From assembly GCF_009914755.1 (NCBI RefSeq), contig NC_060931.1: 64,000 nt of DNA. One strand, 5' to 3'. The DNA comes from the human T2T-CHM13v2.0 reference genome, Homo sapiens. Shown piece by piece: positions 11,599 through 28,996 of this stretch. Made by a program: the position numbers and the translations under genes. Numbering within the stretch: the stretch's first letter is position 1; every line of letters starts with the position of its first letter. The notes under the pieces are model-generated. The model was not told the DNA's origin. It worked only from the letters and a program-made list of their open reading frames with translations, and did not search any database.

Positions 11599-13789
11599 GA
11601 TGTGTATGTGTTTAAGCATGGATGAACCAGACAAGGAGCTCCTCCAGGGCAAAGACCATCATTATTCAGAAACCTGGTACAAGGAAAAGCTCAGGGAGAG
11701 GAGAGGGGGAGAACGGAGGGCATAGAAAATATTGTAACTGTAGCCAAAGAAGTGGATATATTTGTCAGGATTTTTTAGTGATAAAAGACAAAATGTCAAG
11801 TTAAACTAGACTAAACAAAAAGGGGAATGTCTTACTTACCTGGGATGATCAGAAGTGGGTTTGGCATCCAGGGACTCAGACAGCATCCTGGGGCATGTCT
11901 CTGCCTCCATCCTTATCTCCTGCTATTTTCCTTTCCTGCTTTCCCTTTTCTGTAGTCTCTCTTCAGCTCTACTTCTTTCTGCGTGTTCATCTCGCTCTCT
12001 TCCAGTGCAAAACGTCTTCCATATGGCCAGGAAGACAAATCACCCCTGGGACCCTGAGGTCTGTATCATTCCAGTGCCAGGACCCAGAGGCAAGAAGCAG
12101 TAGACTCTGAAGCTCCAGGAAAGGCATGAGAATACCTGACCCACCCAGGGTGTGTCAGAGGCCATCACTCAGGGCCCATGGCTGGGGTGGCAGGGATGGA
12201 ATCCTGCAGATTTACATGCCTGAGTGGTATGCCCATTGTGGCGGCCAGGGCTCCCAGACAGCCCCTGAGTCACAGGCATAGGGGAGAGATGGCCTCAAAC
12301 TAGGCAAACAAAAAGTGGAGGTCACCACTACAGCAGTTAGCCAGAACATGTGAAAGTAAAACATAGGCAAATACTATCTTAAGTCATTAATCCAGTGAAT
12401 ATGATCTTCTATTTGTTGGTAGAATAGAGCAACTGTAGCTGAGCTAGTGATTACAGCAACATCTGATCAATGCTTTCAACTCAGACAAAGTGGCCAGTTT
12501 CCTGCGTAGAAGGGTTGGAAGGCCTGTGAAGGCCACTGTTGTTCCCCATCTGGCCCATCCTGCAGATGTCCCCCCTCTACTCGGCCCCTATGCAGCAATG
12601 AGGGCGGTCATGGAAAACAAAATTCTCACCTTCTCCCTTGTTTGGAATGTCCTGGAACCATGATGACAACCAGCGCCCTTCAGTGACTCCCATTGTTCTC
12701 ACACAAAAGCATGGAGTCAGGAGTGTAACTTCTAGGATCCTGCGTCCCCTGCCACTTCTCCAGCTTATCCTCTCACCGCCTGCCTTGGCCCAGCTGCTGT
12801 GGCCTCCTCCCTTCCTCGGAGGATTGTCCTTTCTTGCCTTGCCCAGGGCCTCGGTGAACGTGGCTCCCTCTCCTGCGATGCTCTCATTCCCCTTCTTTCC
12901 CTGGGTAGCCTCTGCTCACCCGTAGATCTCAGCTCAGATATGATTCTCAGGGCAGACCTCACAACCACCCAGACAAGACCCTCAGGGTGCCCTGTTGGCA
13001 CGTTTTAAACTTCCTCCCAGCAATTCCCAGACTGGAGAATGTCAGGATGCCTGGCCAGGCCACTCCTAGTCAGCCCCTGGAGGCTCAGTGACTCCCTGTG
13101 AGGAGGGGGAGTTTATGAAATGCACAGCCTTGGGCAGGGCCTGATGCTGGTTCCTGTCACTGTTGTGCCCACCTCTCCATGTCCCTGGACTCATTAGAAG
13201 GGTGCCATCTCTTCAGTCAGCTAGGAACTTCTGGAGCTCCTCTGTTACACTAAATAGCTTCAAGTGGACACTGAACACGTACTATCAAATGCTTAAAAGC
13301 ACAATTTTATTTTGAGAACTTTTTCTCAGCTTTGGAAAAATAATACCTCAGAATTCTCCAGGTTAAAATGTGGGTTCAGGAGGTGAGAAAGATCCCAAGA
13401 GATTTCTCTGGGTGGGTGACTCTGAAAAGGAAGGTTTTCCTTTAGCGTTTGAAAGCTGCATTGATGGGAAGGTCTTTAGAGTGGTGTTGGGGCTTTTCAT
13501 CTTGATTTTGGTTGATGTTTTGAAAGAAGGAATGATATGAGTACTTTCTGGTAGGAAGAGCAATTTTAGATTATCTACAAGCATTTCTCTTTCTTGGCAC
13601 TACACTCTGCCCTTTGGCATTAAATCCTGAAGTAATTTGCTGGAGTGGAAAATGATGTAATACATTATACTGGTTTTTGAAGGAAAGGGCAGAGGGGAAA
13701 AGTGGTAAAGTGAGGGAACTACAAGAATCCTGTGATTAAAATGCGGTCCTCTGTGGTAAGGATTGGATAGGTTGATGACACTTATTATG

Positions 13790-14030
13790 CTAATAATATG
13801 TTACCTTTGAAAGTGTTTTATAACCTCCAGGATTTTCTCCCATAAATTATCTGCTTTCATCCTCCCCACAGCACCATGAGGCAAGCACGGCAGGTGTAAT
13901 TATCTGTATTTTGTGGATAAGAAAATCAAAATGCAGAGCAGTTAAATGATTTTTTTTGCCATATCCTAGAGCTGCCTAGGCAAGAACCAATGAAAGAACC
14001 AAGCATTCTGGATTTTAGGCTGATGGGTTA
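13790..14030 (-). mobile_element. MIR fragment
   Basis: attttgtggataagaaaatcaaaatgcagagcagttaaatga is the antisense MIR core. Confidence 0.55.
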
Positions 14031-14247
14031 ATCATCAGCCTAAAATATGAAATACTCACTCAGAATAAACAGTTATAGCCATTGCAAAAATGAGATGAGC
14101 CCTTGCATGCCAACTGCTCAGCACCTCGCCAGGCCCATCGGACATGCCCCGAGGGTGTTTGTGGTGTTGATGATGATGATGCTGAACTAAATGAGAATCA
14201 TCAGGAATCTTAAACCTCTCATTGATCAACAGCTTTGACATCTCCTC

Positions 14248-14539
14248 TGTATTAGTCTGTTACCACGCTGCTAATAAAGAGATACCTGAGACTGGGTAAT
14301 TTATAAAGGAAAAAAGGTTTGATTGACTCACAGTTCCTCGTGGCTGAGGAGACCTCACAATCATGGCAGAAGGTAAAGGAGAAATGAAAGCACGTCCTAC
14401 ATAGCAGCAGACAGGAGAGAATGAGACCCGAGCAAAAAGGGAGACCCCTTATAAAACCATCAGATCTCCCAACATGTGGGAATTATGGGAACTACAATTC
14501 AAGATGAGATTTGGGTAGGGACACAGCCAAACCATGTCA
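14248..14539 (-). mobile_element. THE1-family solo LTR with an internal deletion
   Basis: tgtattagtc...aaaccatgtca; exact 5-bp TSD tcctc (14243-47 and 14540-44); 292 bp versus about 356 bp for the THE1 LTRs at 19 and 21 kb. Confidence 0.9.
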
Positions 14540-15344
14540 TCCTCTATCCATCCGTTACAAGCCAGTATAACAAAAGGTTGTGTATTTGCCCAGCTGAGCA
14601 GTGAAAAGGGAAAAGGCCAAAATATAGGGAATGTGAGGGCAAAATAGAGTCAGTATTTAGTAACTCACAGATTGAATGTTGTGTTCCTGAAATAGAGCAT
14701 TGGGTACTCTGAGAATGACTCCTGGCAATTTTAGGACTACTTCCATGGGAAAAAGCACATAACCACGTGTATACATACATATGTTATTAACCTTTTAGCT
14801 CAAAGGTAACTGGGCTTTCCACTACCATCAGTTTCTGTATACAAGGCTTGAAGGCCAATTATACTTTATTTCCAGCAGTCTCTTCATGTAATCTCTGCAA
14901 GAAAAGTCTCTTTTGATAGGATTTGCCGACTTTTTCTTCAGTGTTCACCTATGCTCCCGTCAGGTGAGCACACTGCATTCTTAGCAGTGCTGGGTGTCAT
15001 TAGTGTTCAGTCTTTCATAATCTGATAAACAAAACATTGTAATAAGATTTCTTTTTGTTATTTTTTAGCAATTTGTACAGTTCTTTGATCGATCTGTTTG
15101 TGTCCTTCATACACATATTTATAGCTCAGTGATCATGATTCATGCTTTCCACTTGTCGGAATTTATCCCAGGGAAATATCAGAGACACAGGTGAAAATTT
15201 TTGTGCCAAGATGCACACAATAGTATTTTATTACGATAAAAAAACCAAAAGACTGTATGTCAAATAATAAGGGATTAATTAAATAAACTGTCATATCTCT
15301 TCAAGGGCATGTCTCAAAGAATGTTTAATAACATGGAAAAGCAT

Positions 15345-15681
<337 letters not shown>

Positions 15682-15787
15682 TTATATTATATGGCCTTAG
15701 TTTTATTAAAAACCAGATTTATACCTCTCCTACCAACACACATACATCTTGAAGGAAATGAAATACAACAAAGTTGATTTGTGTATG

Positions 15788-16263
<476 letters not shown>

Positions 16264-17848
16264 TGATTCTATGATCTCAAGCCAGCGGTTCACTTTTCAA
16301 AAAAACCCAACACTCCTTTACCCAGCCCCATCTTTGTTGTTGGTATATCTCTCTCGCTTCTTCTTATTACTTTGTAGTAATTTTACTTCAGAAAAGACTC
16401 AGAATTCCCACCATCATCCAGTTTCTGACATGAACCCATGGAAGGCATACTGTTCAGGAAGGTTGGCCTATGTCAGGGGCCTGACACCTGCTTTGAAGCA
16501 CCCATCAGGGGCCATGTGTGGACCAAGCATACATTCCGGTTCTGCCTGAGTCCACATTCAGCATCACCTGGACTCAGTAGGATCTGGGGCAGCAACGGTC
16601 AGCCAGCAGGGTGACGTCACACATGTGCACCTCTCCTGCAGTATTCAATGCTGCTGTCCCCCCAACCACACAAGAGCTGCCTTCTCCCCCAGCACTGCTG
16701 CCAGATGACAGCTTGGTGCAGGGAGCAGGACATCCACAAGTGGGTGTGGAATCTTCCCTGCCCGATGCCTCTCAGGAGCCAGGGGCATGGCTTCAGGGCC
16801 CCACCAGGAATGTGCACGAGGGTCACCAGACTGGGAGAAGTGGCAGCTGTAACTCCCTCCCAGTACTCATGGTTCTCCTTATCTCAGTGCAACTTATCAT
16901 AAATAATGCTGTCATGAATAGAGGTAATATTCAACCCTTATCAGGTTTCCAGGGCAACAAAAGCAGGAAGTCAGCTGATGGTCAAATTCGCTGCAAAGAG
17001 GACTCACCTTAGGTTCTGAGTGCCAGAGTGTTTCTTCAATCTTTCAGCCACAGCTGGTAATCCTAACTTGCTGTTATATGGCCTATTGATGAAACCACTC
17101 GGGACCACATGTGGCATTTGTAGCACACCCAGAAATTAAACCCATGCAGAGAAACGAGCTCACCAGGACTCCTTAGGTTGTCCTTGGAGGGCTTCCTCAC
17201 CTCACTTGCTAGCAGCCACTGCCCAAGGACCTGCTGTGTTCTCTGGTCAGCTTTCTGCTTTCAGCAGGGTCTTCTAAAAGGTACGTCTACAAGGTTGCAG
17301 ATTTGGAGGAAGAATTCCTGTATCCTGGTGAAGTGTTTTGTGTGTGTAGAGTGTTCCAGTGACAGGAGTTATCTGCAGGATTGGCACAGTCTCCAGTGAA
17401 GACTCTCCTGTGGGCTTCAGGAGCAGTAACTTGCGTATGATCATTGCTAAACCAATGGGGATAGCCAGTTCCATGGCCAGCCAACCTGTTCTGTGCTTCG
17501 CCCGATAAATTATGTTCTATATTACATACAACAGGATCTTTCACTTTTATTTACTACAGAAATGTCAGTAAATGGTTCCTGATGTAATTAGCTTGATCAG
17601 GAAATGTGATAACTCAAGAGAAGCCGTGGAATAGAGAGAGAAATGCAATTGCCAAATAGTCACTACTATGTGGATATGTCCTTGACATTAGGAAAGCCGC
17701 TATAATGTGTCAATTAAAGAAACCTAGGCAATGTGATAATTGAAGTTTTTAATTGATATAGAGAGAGAATCTATTTCCCCCTTAATAATAACATGTTGGG
17801 TTCACTATGAATGTTTAATTTCCTTTCCATGATAAATAGTTTTCCCTA

Positions 17849-17975
17849 GTCTGGGCATGGTGGCCCACACATATGGGAGGCCAAGGCAGGAGGATTGCTT
17901 GAGGCCAGGAGTCTGAGACCAGCCTGGGCAACAGAGCAAGACCCCCATCTTAATTTAAGAACAAATAATAAATAA
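17849..17975 (+). mobile_element. FLAM_C-like Alu monomer
   Basis: ggaggattgcttgaggccaggagtctgagaccagcctgggcaac; TSD ataaatagttttccct / ataaatagttctcctt. Confidence 0.85.
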
Positions 17976-18519
17976 ATAAATAGTTCTCCTTTTCAACAGA
18001 AGTTTGGTAATATAACTAATTAATTTGCTGAATATCTTTTACTGATGTAAATATGAATGTAACTATTGAATTTGACAAAGTGAAAGATGAAAGAAATCTC
18101 TTAGAGATCATCCAACCCAACCTCTAATGTTATAGTGAAGGAAATTGCATTAAACAGTGTTGAATAACCTGCTCACAGCTGGACAGCTAGTAGTTTTAGA
18201 CTGGAATTCAGGGTTCCATTTCAAGTCCAAGGTTCTTTCTTTTTTTATCATCTCACCCTTAGTAGTATTGCTATCATTTTGTCAAATACTGAGCTATGCA
18301 ACATGTTTCCCTTTTGGCCTTGATTTTCCAGAACTAAAAACCAAATCGTGCCTGATTATAGTAATTATTCCATCCCTAGTTCCTGATGTAATTAGCCCCC
18401 TCTTTAGCTATTTGTGTCTCTTTTATCATAACCATTCTGGGAACATGCAGATTGTGCTTTTATTGTAATTTACTTTGAATTGGTTTAAGAAATATTAAGG
18501 GTGTAAATTGTCACTTAAT

Positions 18520-18558
18520 ACACACACACACACACACAACACACACACACACACACAC
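18520..18558 (+). repeat. Interrupted (CA)n microsatellite
   Basis: (ac)9 a (ac)10. Confidence 0.9.
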
Positions 18559-19056
18559 TCTTCTTCTCAGTAAGTTACCTGGAAGTTGTACTAATCTTTT
18601 AATTTCTCTTTTTAAATTATCTTAGTGATGTAAATATTCATGAAACTTTTGGATTTATTTGACTTTTGGAAAAGTCAAATAAAGCCTCAATTAGTTAAAA
18701 CCCAGCCAACTCACATGCTAAACCTTGGGATAGTTTTCCTGTATACAACATACATGGAAAAGAATAGCAATAACACAGATAATATCAAGGAAAACAGTTT
18801 CTGGGAATAGATGTATATTTGATCTAATCCATTTTTGTACATGCACACCAATAGTTTTGGACAATGAAAACTGATTATCTTAGTCAATAATAATTCCATA
18901 TTGTATACCTCATTCTATCTAATAAATCAAGAAAGTATAAAGTCTGAAAATATTTCCCTAATAAGGACTGAAATTGAAAAGATCTCTTCTTTAGTTAGAA
19001 AATTCACCAAGAAAGTGTATTTAACTGAAACTTCCCAATCCTCTAGAGAATTCCAG

Positions 19057-21322
19057 TGTATTAGTCCATTCTCATGCTGCTATGAAGAAATACCCAAGAC
19101 TGGGTAATTTATAAAGGAAAGAGGTTTAATTGATTCAGTTCTGCATGGCTGGGGAGGCCTCAAGAAACTTACAATCATGGCAGAAGACACCTCTTCACAG
19201 GGTGGCAGAAGAGAGAATGAATGCCCAGCAAAGGGGAAAGCCCCTTAGAAAGCCATCAGATCTCATGAGAACCAGCTCACTATCAGCATAACAGGATAGG
19301 GGAAAACACCCCATGATTCAATTATCTCTACCTGGTCCGTCTGAAGACACATGGGAGTTATAGGAACTACAGTTCAGGATGAGATATGGGTGGGGACACA
19401 GCCAAACCACATCATTCTGCCTCTGGCCCCTCCCAAATCTCATGTCCTCACAATTCAAAACAAAATCATGCCCTTCCAACAGTCCCCCAAAGTCTTCTTC
19501 CAGCATTAACTCAAAAGTCCGAGTCCAAAGTCTCATCTGAGACAAGGCAAGTCCCTTTTGCCTATGAGCCTGTAAAATCAAAAGCAAGTTAGTTACTTCC
19601 TAGATACAATGGGGGTACAGGCATTGGGTAAATATACCCATTCCAAATGGCAGAAATTGGCCAAAACAAAGAGGCTGCAAGCCCCATGCATGTCCAAAAT
19701 CCAATAGGGCAGTCATTAAACCTTAAAGTTCCAAAAACGTGTTTCACGTCTAGGTCATGCTGATGCAACAAGTGAGCGCCCATGGGGGCAGCTCTGCCCT
19801 TGTGGCTTTACAGGGTACAGCCTACCTCCCAGCTGCTTTCATGGGCTGACATTGTCTGTGGCCTTTCCAGGTACCTGGGGCAAGCTATTGGTGGATCTAC
19901 CATTCTGGGATCTGAAGGATGGTGGCCCTCTTCTCACAGTTCCACTATGCAGTGCCCCACTGGGGACTCTGTGTGGGGGCTCTGACCCCACATTTCCCTT
20001 CTGCACTGCCCTAGTGAGGTTCTCCAGGAGGGCCCCACCTCTGCAGCAAACTTCTACCTGGACATCCTAGCATTTCCATACATCTTCTGAAATCTAGGTG
20101 GAGGTTCCCAAACCTCAATTCTTGACTTCTATGCACCTGCAGGCCCAACATCACATGGAATTTGCCAAGATTTGGGGCTTGCACCCTCTGAAGCAATGGC
20201 CCAAGCTGTACGTTGGCCCCTTTTAGCGATGGCTGGAGTGGCTGGGACACAGGGCACCAAGTCCCAAGTCTGCACACAGCAGAGGGGCCCTGGGTCCAGG
20301 CCAGGAAAACTATTTTTCCCTCCTAGGTCTCCAGACCTGTGATGGGAGGGACTGCCATGAAGGTCTCTGACATGCCCTGGGGACATTTTCCCTATTGTCT
20401 TGGTGATTAACATTGGGCTCCTTGTTACTTATGCAAATTTCTGCAGCCAACTTGAATTTCTCCCCAGAAAGTGGGATTTTCTTTTCTATCGCATCATCAG
20501 ATGGCAAATTTTCTAAACTTTTATTCTCTGCTTCTTCCTGAACACTTTGTTATTTACAAATTTCTTCCTCTAGATACTTTAAATCATTTCTCTCAAATTT
20601 GAAGTTCCACAGATCTCTGGGGCAGAGGCAAAATGCCACCAGTCTTTTTGCATAGCAAGAGTGATCTTTACTTCAGTTCCCAACAAGTTCCTTATCTTCA
20701 TCTGAGACCACCTCAGCCTGGACTTCAATATCAGCATTTTCATCAAAGCTTTTCGACAAGTCTCTAGTGAGTTCCAAACTTTCCCACATCTTCCTGTCTT
20801 CTGAGCCCTCTAATCTGTAGGAAGTTCTAAACTTTCCCACATTTTCCTGTCTTCTTCTGAGCCCTTCAACCCGTTCCAACCTCTGCCTGTTACCCAGTTC
20901 CAAAGTAGCTTCCACATTTTGGGATATCTTTATAGCAGCACCTCACTCTCCGTAGCACCAATTTATTGTATTAGTCTGTTCTCACACTGCTATGAAGAAA
21001 TACCTGAGACTGGGTAGTTTATAAAAGAAGGAGGTTTAATTGACTCACGGTTCTGCATGGCTAGGGAGGCCTCAGGAAACTTACAATCATGGTGGAACCT
21101 CTTCGCAGGGCAGCAGGAGAGGGAATGAGTGCCCAGCAAAGGGAAAAGCCCTTTATAAAACCATCAGGTCTTGTGAGAACTAACTCACTATCATGAGAAC
21201 TGGATGGGGGAAACTGCCCCATGATTCAATTATCTCCACCTGGTCCCTCCCAAGACACATGAGAATTATGGGAGCTACAATTCAAGATGAGATTTGGGTG
21301 GAGACACAGCCAAACCATATCA
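19057..21322 (-). mobile_element. Full-length THE1 (probably THE1D) MaLR: LTR 19057-19414, internal region, LTR 20967-21322
   Basis: Two direct LTRs tgtattagtc...atca; THE1-int sequence; perfect TSD tccag (19052-56 and 21323-27). Confidence 0.95.
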
Positions 21323-21630
21323 TCCAGTTAATTGAACCTTCACAGAATTTACTATAACCTTGAGTGTATAAGCCATATTTATGCTAAAATGTTCATTTTT
21401 AAAAATGAAACTAATGAAAATGTCATGTATTTTGTAAATACCCAGAGGGGGCTTGCCCAAGGTAGACTGAGTGGGCTTACTTGGGAAATAACAAAGAGAT
21501 GAGTCTGGCAGAAAGAAATTGAGGATGAGAAATAACTTGGGATAGGCTAGTGATGGCTTTGAATCCCAAGCAGAGGCCCTCACACTTTTACCTGGTAGGC
21601 TCAGAAGAAGAAGGACTAATATGATAACTA

Positions 21631-22002
<372 letters not shown>

Positions 22003-22369
22003 TAATGTACATTGAGGCCTACTTTAATTTCAATATACTTTTCAGACAAGGAATCACACACTTGTACAATTTTCCGACCTTATCATTGGAACACTTGCTA
22101 ATATGATGCAGATGAAGTGGGATTGTGATAGGCTATTTTAAGTACTTGAATTATGAGACAATTTTCGACTGCAGTAGCCCAAATGGTACCCTGCAGCCGT
22201 CAAATGTGAGGAACTTCAGTGTGAGTGCTGACACCAAATGGAACCTCATCCACCCACCTGATGAAAATTGATGTTCCCCTGGCTGTCACCCTCAGCTGTA
22301 CGCTTTGCTCAAGAAGTACTTTGTTTTGGGGGACTTTATGTTGTATAAAATATGGTTTTGCCTGTCATC

Positions 22370-23250
22370 CATAGGTGATGAACCTGCCATCTCTGTCTCC
22401 TGTCTCTCTTTAAACACTAACTTCCAGTTGCCTATGGAGCAACTACCTGGAAGTCTCAGAGGCATCTCACAGTCAACCTGCCCAAACCCCACTCTGACTT
22501 CCTTCTCCAAACCTTCTCTTCCTTCTTCATTTCCCATCTTAATTCTTAGTAACCCGTACACTCTGTCACCTAGGTGTGAGGATGAGAAATCATATTTATT
22601 TCCTTCTGTTCCCGCCACACACCCACACCCTGTAGATTCTGAATCCTAATATTTTTCAAATCCATCTTCTTTTAGATCTCATTTTTGTAGTTTGTGCTTT
22701 CACTATTTCTTAGGCCTCCCCACCTCCAGACTTCTGCCTCCCATCTCCCCTCAGCCGTCATGGTGATATTTCTGAAATGAAAATCTGATTTTCTGGCTCT
22801 TCTATGACTTTGCTTTCCAAGTTTACCCATCACAAAGAAAATGAAGCCCCAACTTCCCTGGAACACAAGGCTTCTCCCACCTGGAACACAAGGCTTCCCA
22901 TAGCCTGACCTGTCCCCCACTCTTGCTGTGTCTTTTACCACCCTGCATCCCTACCCACTTACTATTTTACAGCTCTTACCACCTACTTGTAGTCCCCTAA
23001 ATGCATCAGATCTGTGAGCCTTTCCACACATGGATGCTGACATCTGAAGAGTTCTCCCTTCAACTCTCTCCCATGCACACCGAATGAATTCTCCAGGCCC
23101 CTCCTCTAAAGCGTTCCTTCTTCACCCCCAGCTATAGTTTACTGCCCCTTTATATTATATGCTGCTCCTGGATGTGGGACAGCAGGTGCATGCCTGATCA
23201 AATGTGGTATCTTTAATGATCAACAAATGTCAGGTAAACAGATGCATGGG
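22370..23250 (+). mobile_element. L2 fragments
   Basis: cctggaagtctcagaggcatctcacagtcaacctgcccaaacc and tttctgaaatgaaaatctga resemble the L2 3' region. Confidence 0.6.
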
Positions 23251-23344
23251 TTAGTTGGTTCCAGACATAGAATTTACTCAAAAAGAGAGCATTTTTTTTT
23301 TCTCCTGAATGGTTTTCAAGATAGCTCAATATATTATGCCATTT

Positions 23345-25065
<1,721 letters not shown>

Positions 25066-25234
25066 AAGATTACTTTGAATAAAACTTCTAAATGAAAATT
25101 TTAAAAGTTCAGCCCTTTGCTCTGAGTTTTTGTCTCTATTCTACTCCCACACCCCCCCCAACTTTAGTCACTGTGGAACCCACAGTGAGGTCCTCTTTAA
25201 AGCTGGCTTGCCTGGGTTTTAGACTTCCTCCTCC

Positions 25235-25561
<327 letters not shown>

Positions 25562-27095
25562 TGATTCATCCCCCCACTGCTCAGAAGCACCACTCTTCTT
25601 GTGTCTGAACATCTTGGGACTTTCTAGGTTTTACCCCATTGCTCTTTCAAAAATTCCAGATATTCTACTTTCCATATGTTTTCTTTTTGGTTGTGAATCA
25701 GAGAGTGGTAGCCTTCTCCCATCGCTTATGACTCCTTCTCTCTTGTTCCTCAAACTCGAGTACAGAGGCTACTGTGGCGGCGTGTTTGGGTGATTGATGG
25801 GCTTCCTACACTTGGATGTTATCTATGCCGGGCTTGTCTTGGTTACATCCCAGCCTCTCCAGAGCAATGATGTTCTGCTGGGATCTGGGGGCTCCAAAGT
25901 GGGCTGTATGGGCTGGGGATGCCAGCAAATCTTCCATCCTTCCATTTGCTTGAAATTAAAGATACACAGAAGTAATGTGGCCACGGGGCTGGAAGGAAGG
26001 GAGGATGGAACTCAAAGGGAAAATGACATGTGGACCCTGCTCTCATAAAATTGGAAATCTAGTCAGTGGAGAAGACCAGATGATCCCACAGGAGAAATCT
26101 GGGGTGTCAAGTATGGATACACAGTGGGAATGATTCATGTGACTCACTCTGCTGAGGAATTTGCCCACTGCCCTGACACAGACCTCACTCTACTGGTGAG
26201 GTCTGCAGAGGCTACTGAATATTTGTAAAGAGTCGAGTCTGCACAGTTGGCTTCCAGCAGGCATTGGACAGGGCCCTCCGTGGAGGCCAGGCACCCGGCA
26301 TGCAGTTCCCCTGCCTCCCTTGGCCTGGAGTCACTGCTCTTCTCCGCAGGTCACTGCCCCCATCAGCTGTGGTGGTCTAGTGTTCAGCAGAAATGGGAAA
26401 CGGAGTCTTCTGAGGCTGTGCCGATTGTCATTGCTCTGAAAAGAGCTCACTTGTGCTTGAGTGGACATTGCTTCAGCATCAACGTGAAGGCCTCTGTCTG
26501 TGGGTTTCAGGGGGTGCCAGGGACCAGACTGGAGAGCAGGCCTCATCCTGCGCCCACGTCCAACCTCCCTTATCCTCTCCCCCATGCTCCTGCATCTGCT
26601 TCCCAGAACCTCTCGGCCTGTAGGATCTGTTCTGTTGGTGAGGAGGGAGTACAGCATAAACACAGAAGGTCTGTGACGGAGAGAGATTGTTGAGGCTTCC
26701 TGCTGGAAGGTTGAGAGCTGAGCAGAGGCTTACAAGAGGGCAGGATCTGGATAGATGCCAACGAAAACAGAGCATTTGGGTGAGGAGAAGAGTGAATCGA
26801 TGGACTGAGGAGGGAACACACCTGTGCTATGCCCAGGAGAGGAGGCACCAGCAGGCAGAGCTTCCAGGCAGGGCGCCAGGGCAGGGCAGCATGGAGGAAG
26901 TGGAGACAGTGGCCTTGCCTGTCCTGGAAAAGCCTGCGAGTGTCCCCATCACTTACTAGTGGGGGCTGGATAGTCACACATGAGGACCACAAAGCAGATG
27001 TTATCATTCTCCTGGGCCTTATGTACATCTCAGTATGTTTGGGAGACCTGAGCATTTACCTTGTAAAAGTTTTCTGGAAGAAGGAACCAAGGTTT

Positions 27096-27190
27096 GATGG
27101 CAGAGAGTACATGCCCTGCTCCAGGATGGCAGAGAGCACATGCCCCGCTCCAGCATGTCAGAGAGCACATGCCCCACTCCAGGATGGCAG
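27096..27190 (+). repeat. 29-bp minisatellite, about 3.3 copies
   Basis: gatggcagagagcacatgccccgctccag units at 27096, 27125, 27154 and 27183. Confidence 0.9.
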
Positions 27191-27819
27191 GGCCCCCCGG
27201 CTGCAGCATGGCAGGGGTTCCAGTGGACAGTGGGCTTGGGTGTTTCAACAGCATCTCCCACTGCAGGGCCCCAGTGCCACAGTTGGGTTGAGGCCACAGA
27301 ATCCATTGCAGATGCAGGTACTGGCTGAGTGCCCACAGGGCAAAGGCCATCCTGAAAAAGGGGTGGGCAGCCCCTTCACCAGAACGGAATGCAAGTGCTG
27401 AGCCAGCTGACAGGGTCCTTGACTGATGGGTCTTTCAGTGAGAAGGGTCTCCTGCCAGTGTGGGCCTGCAGTCACCGGGCAGCTGACGACAAAACTCCCA
27501 GCAAGAGGTCTTTCCCCAATAAGCCTCGAGAAGAGGGCAGAATGGGGCCAGCTGCTGACGCAGCTGCCATGTCTGCTGGAGACATGCTGTGACAATGACA
27601 GGGAGGCATCCTTCCGTCCCCACCTGGTTCTTCTGTATGGGTCTCATGAGTGTGAGCTTCTGACATCAGGTTCCTTCTGAGTGAGGAAGAGAATGTGAGA
27701 GGTGGCATCCTGATTAAAGCTGTTTATGGTCTGGTGCATTTTTGGTTAAAAATCACACTTTTCATTTATTTAGCACATTGCTGTCAAGTTGCAACACGCT
27801 GTAATTATCAGACCACAAG

Positions 27820-28085
27820 TTCTGGAACCTGCTGCGTAAGGTCCAATCCTGGCTCCTCCTTCCGCTAACTGCTGACCTTGGGCAAGGCATTTAACTGCCT
27901 CGTACAACCTGGTTTCAATCCCAGCCGCACCCCTGACCCACCAGCTGCTGGGCAAGTTGCTTAACAGCTCTGTGCTCCTGTGTCTTCATCTACAAAGCAG
28001 GAATGATAGTACCTGCCCCATAGGGTTATTTTTAAAGATTAAGCGAGTTAATGCTCATAAAGCACTTTCGAAGTGTCTGCCCAAC
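27820..28085 (+). mobile_element. MIR (two adjacent pieces)
   Basis: gaccttgggcaaggcatttaac and ctgggcaagttgcttaac...cttcatctacaaagcaggaatgatagtacct. Confidence 0.75.
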
Positions 28086-28280
28086 ATATACAAAAATTTA
28101 CCCGAAATACATCAAAGACCTAAATATAAGTGAAAACTGTAAAAATCATAGAAGCGTAAGGGAAATGTTCATGACCTTGGATTTGGCAATGGATTTTTAG
28201 CTGTGACACCAAAAGCATAAAAAATAAAAGAAAAAATAAAAAGAAGTAGATAAGCTAGACCTGATCATAATTAAAAGCAT
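28085..28280 (+). mobile_element. L1M ORF2 fragment
   Basis: atcaaagacctaaatataag...catgaccttggatttggcaatggatttttagctgtgacaccaaaagca. Confidence 0.75.
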
Positions 28281-28482
28281 TAATCCTTAACATTCTAGCT
28301 CACATGACACCTCCTCTGAAGCCTGTTCTAACCCCTTCAGAGAGAATGGATTTTTTATAAGGGAGACAGTAACAGCAACAGATGTGACTGAGCATTTACT
28401 TCATTCAGGCCAGCCACTGTTTTACGTACTTTGAGTTGGTTGACTCACTTGCTCTTCACATCCATTTAAGATTAGATTCTAT

Positions 28483-28996
<514 letters not shown>

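Noticed and set aside
26247-27708. Many overlapping 100-190 aa ORFs
   Set aside because: GC-rich sequence on both strands, partly the 29-bp minisatellite; no recognisable domain or splice structure
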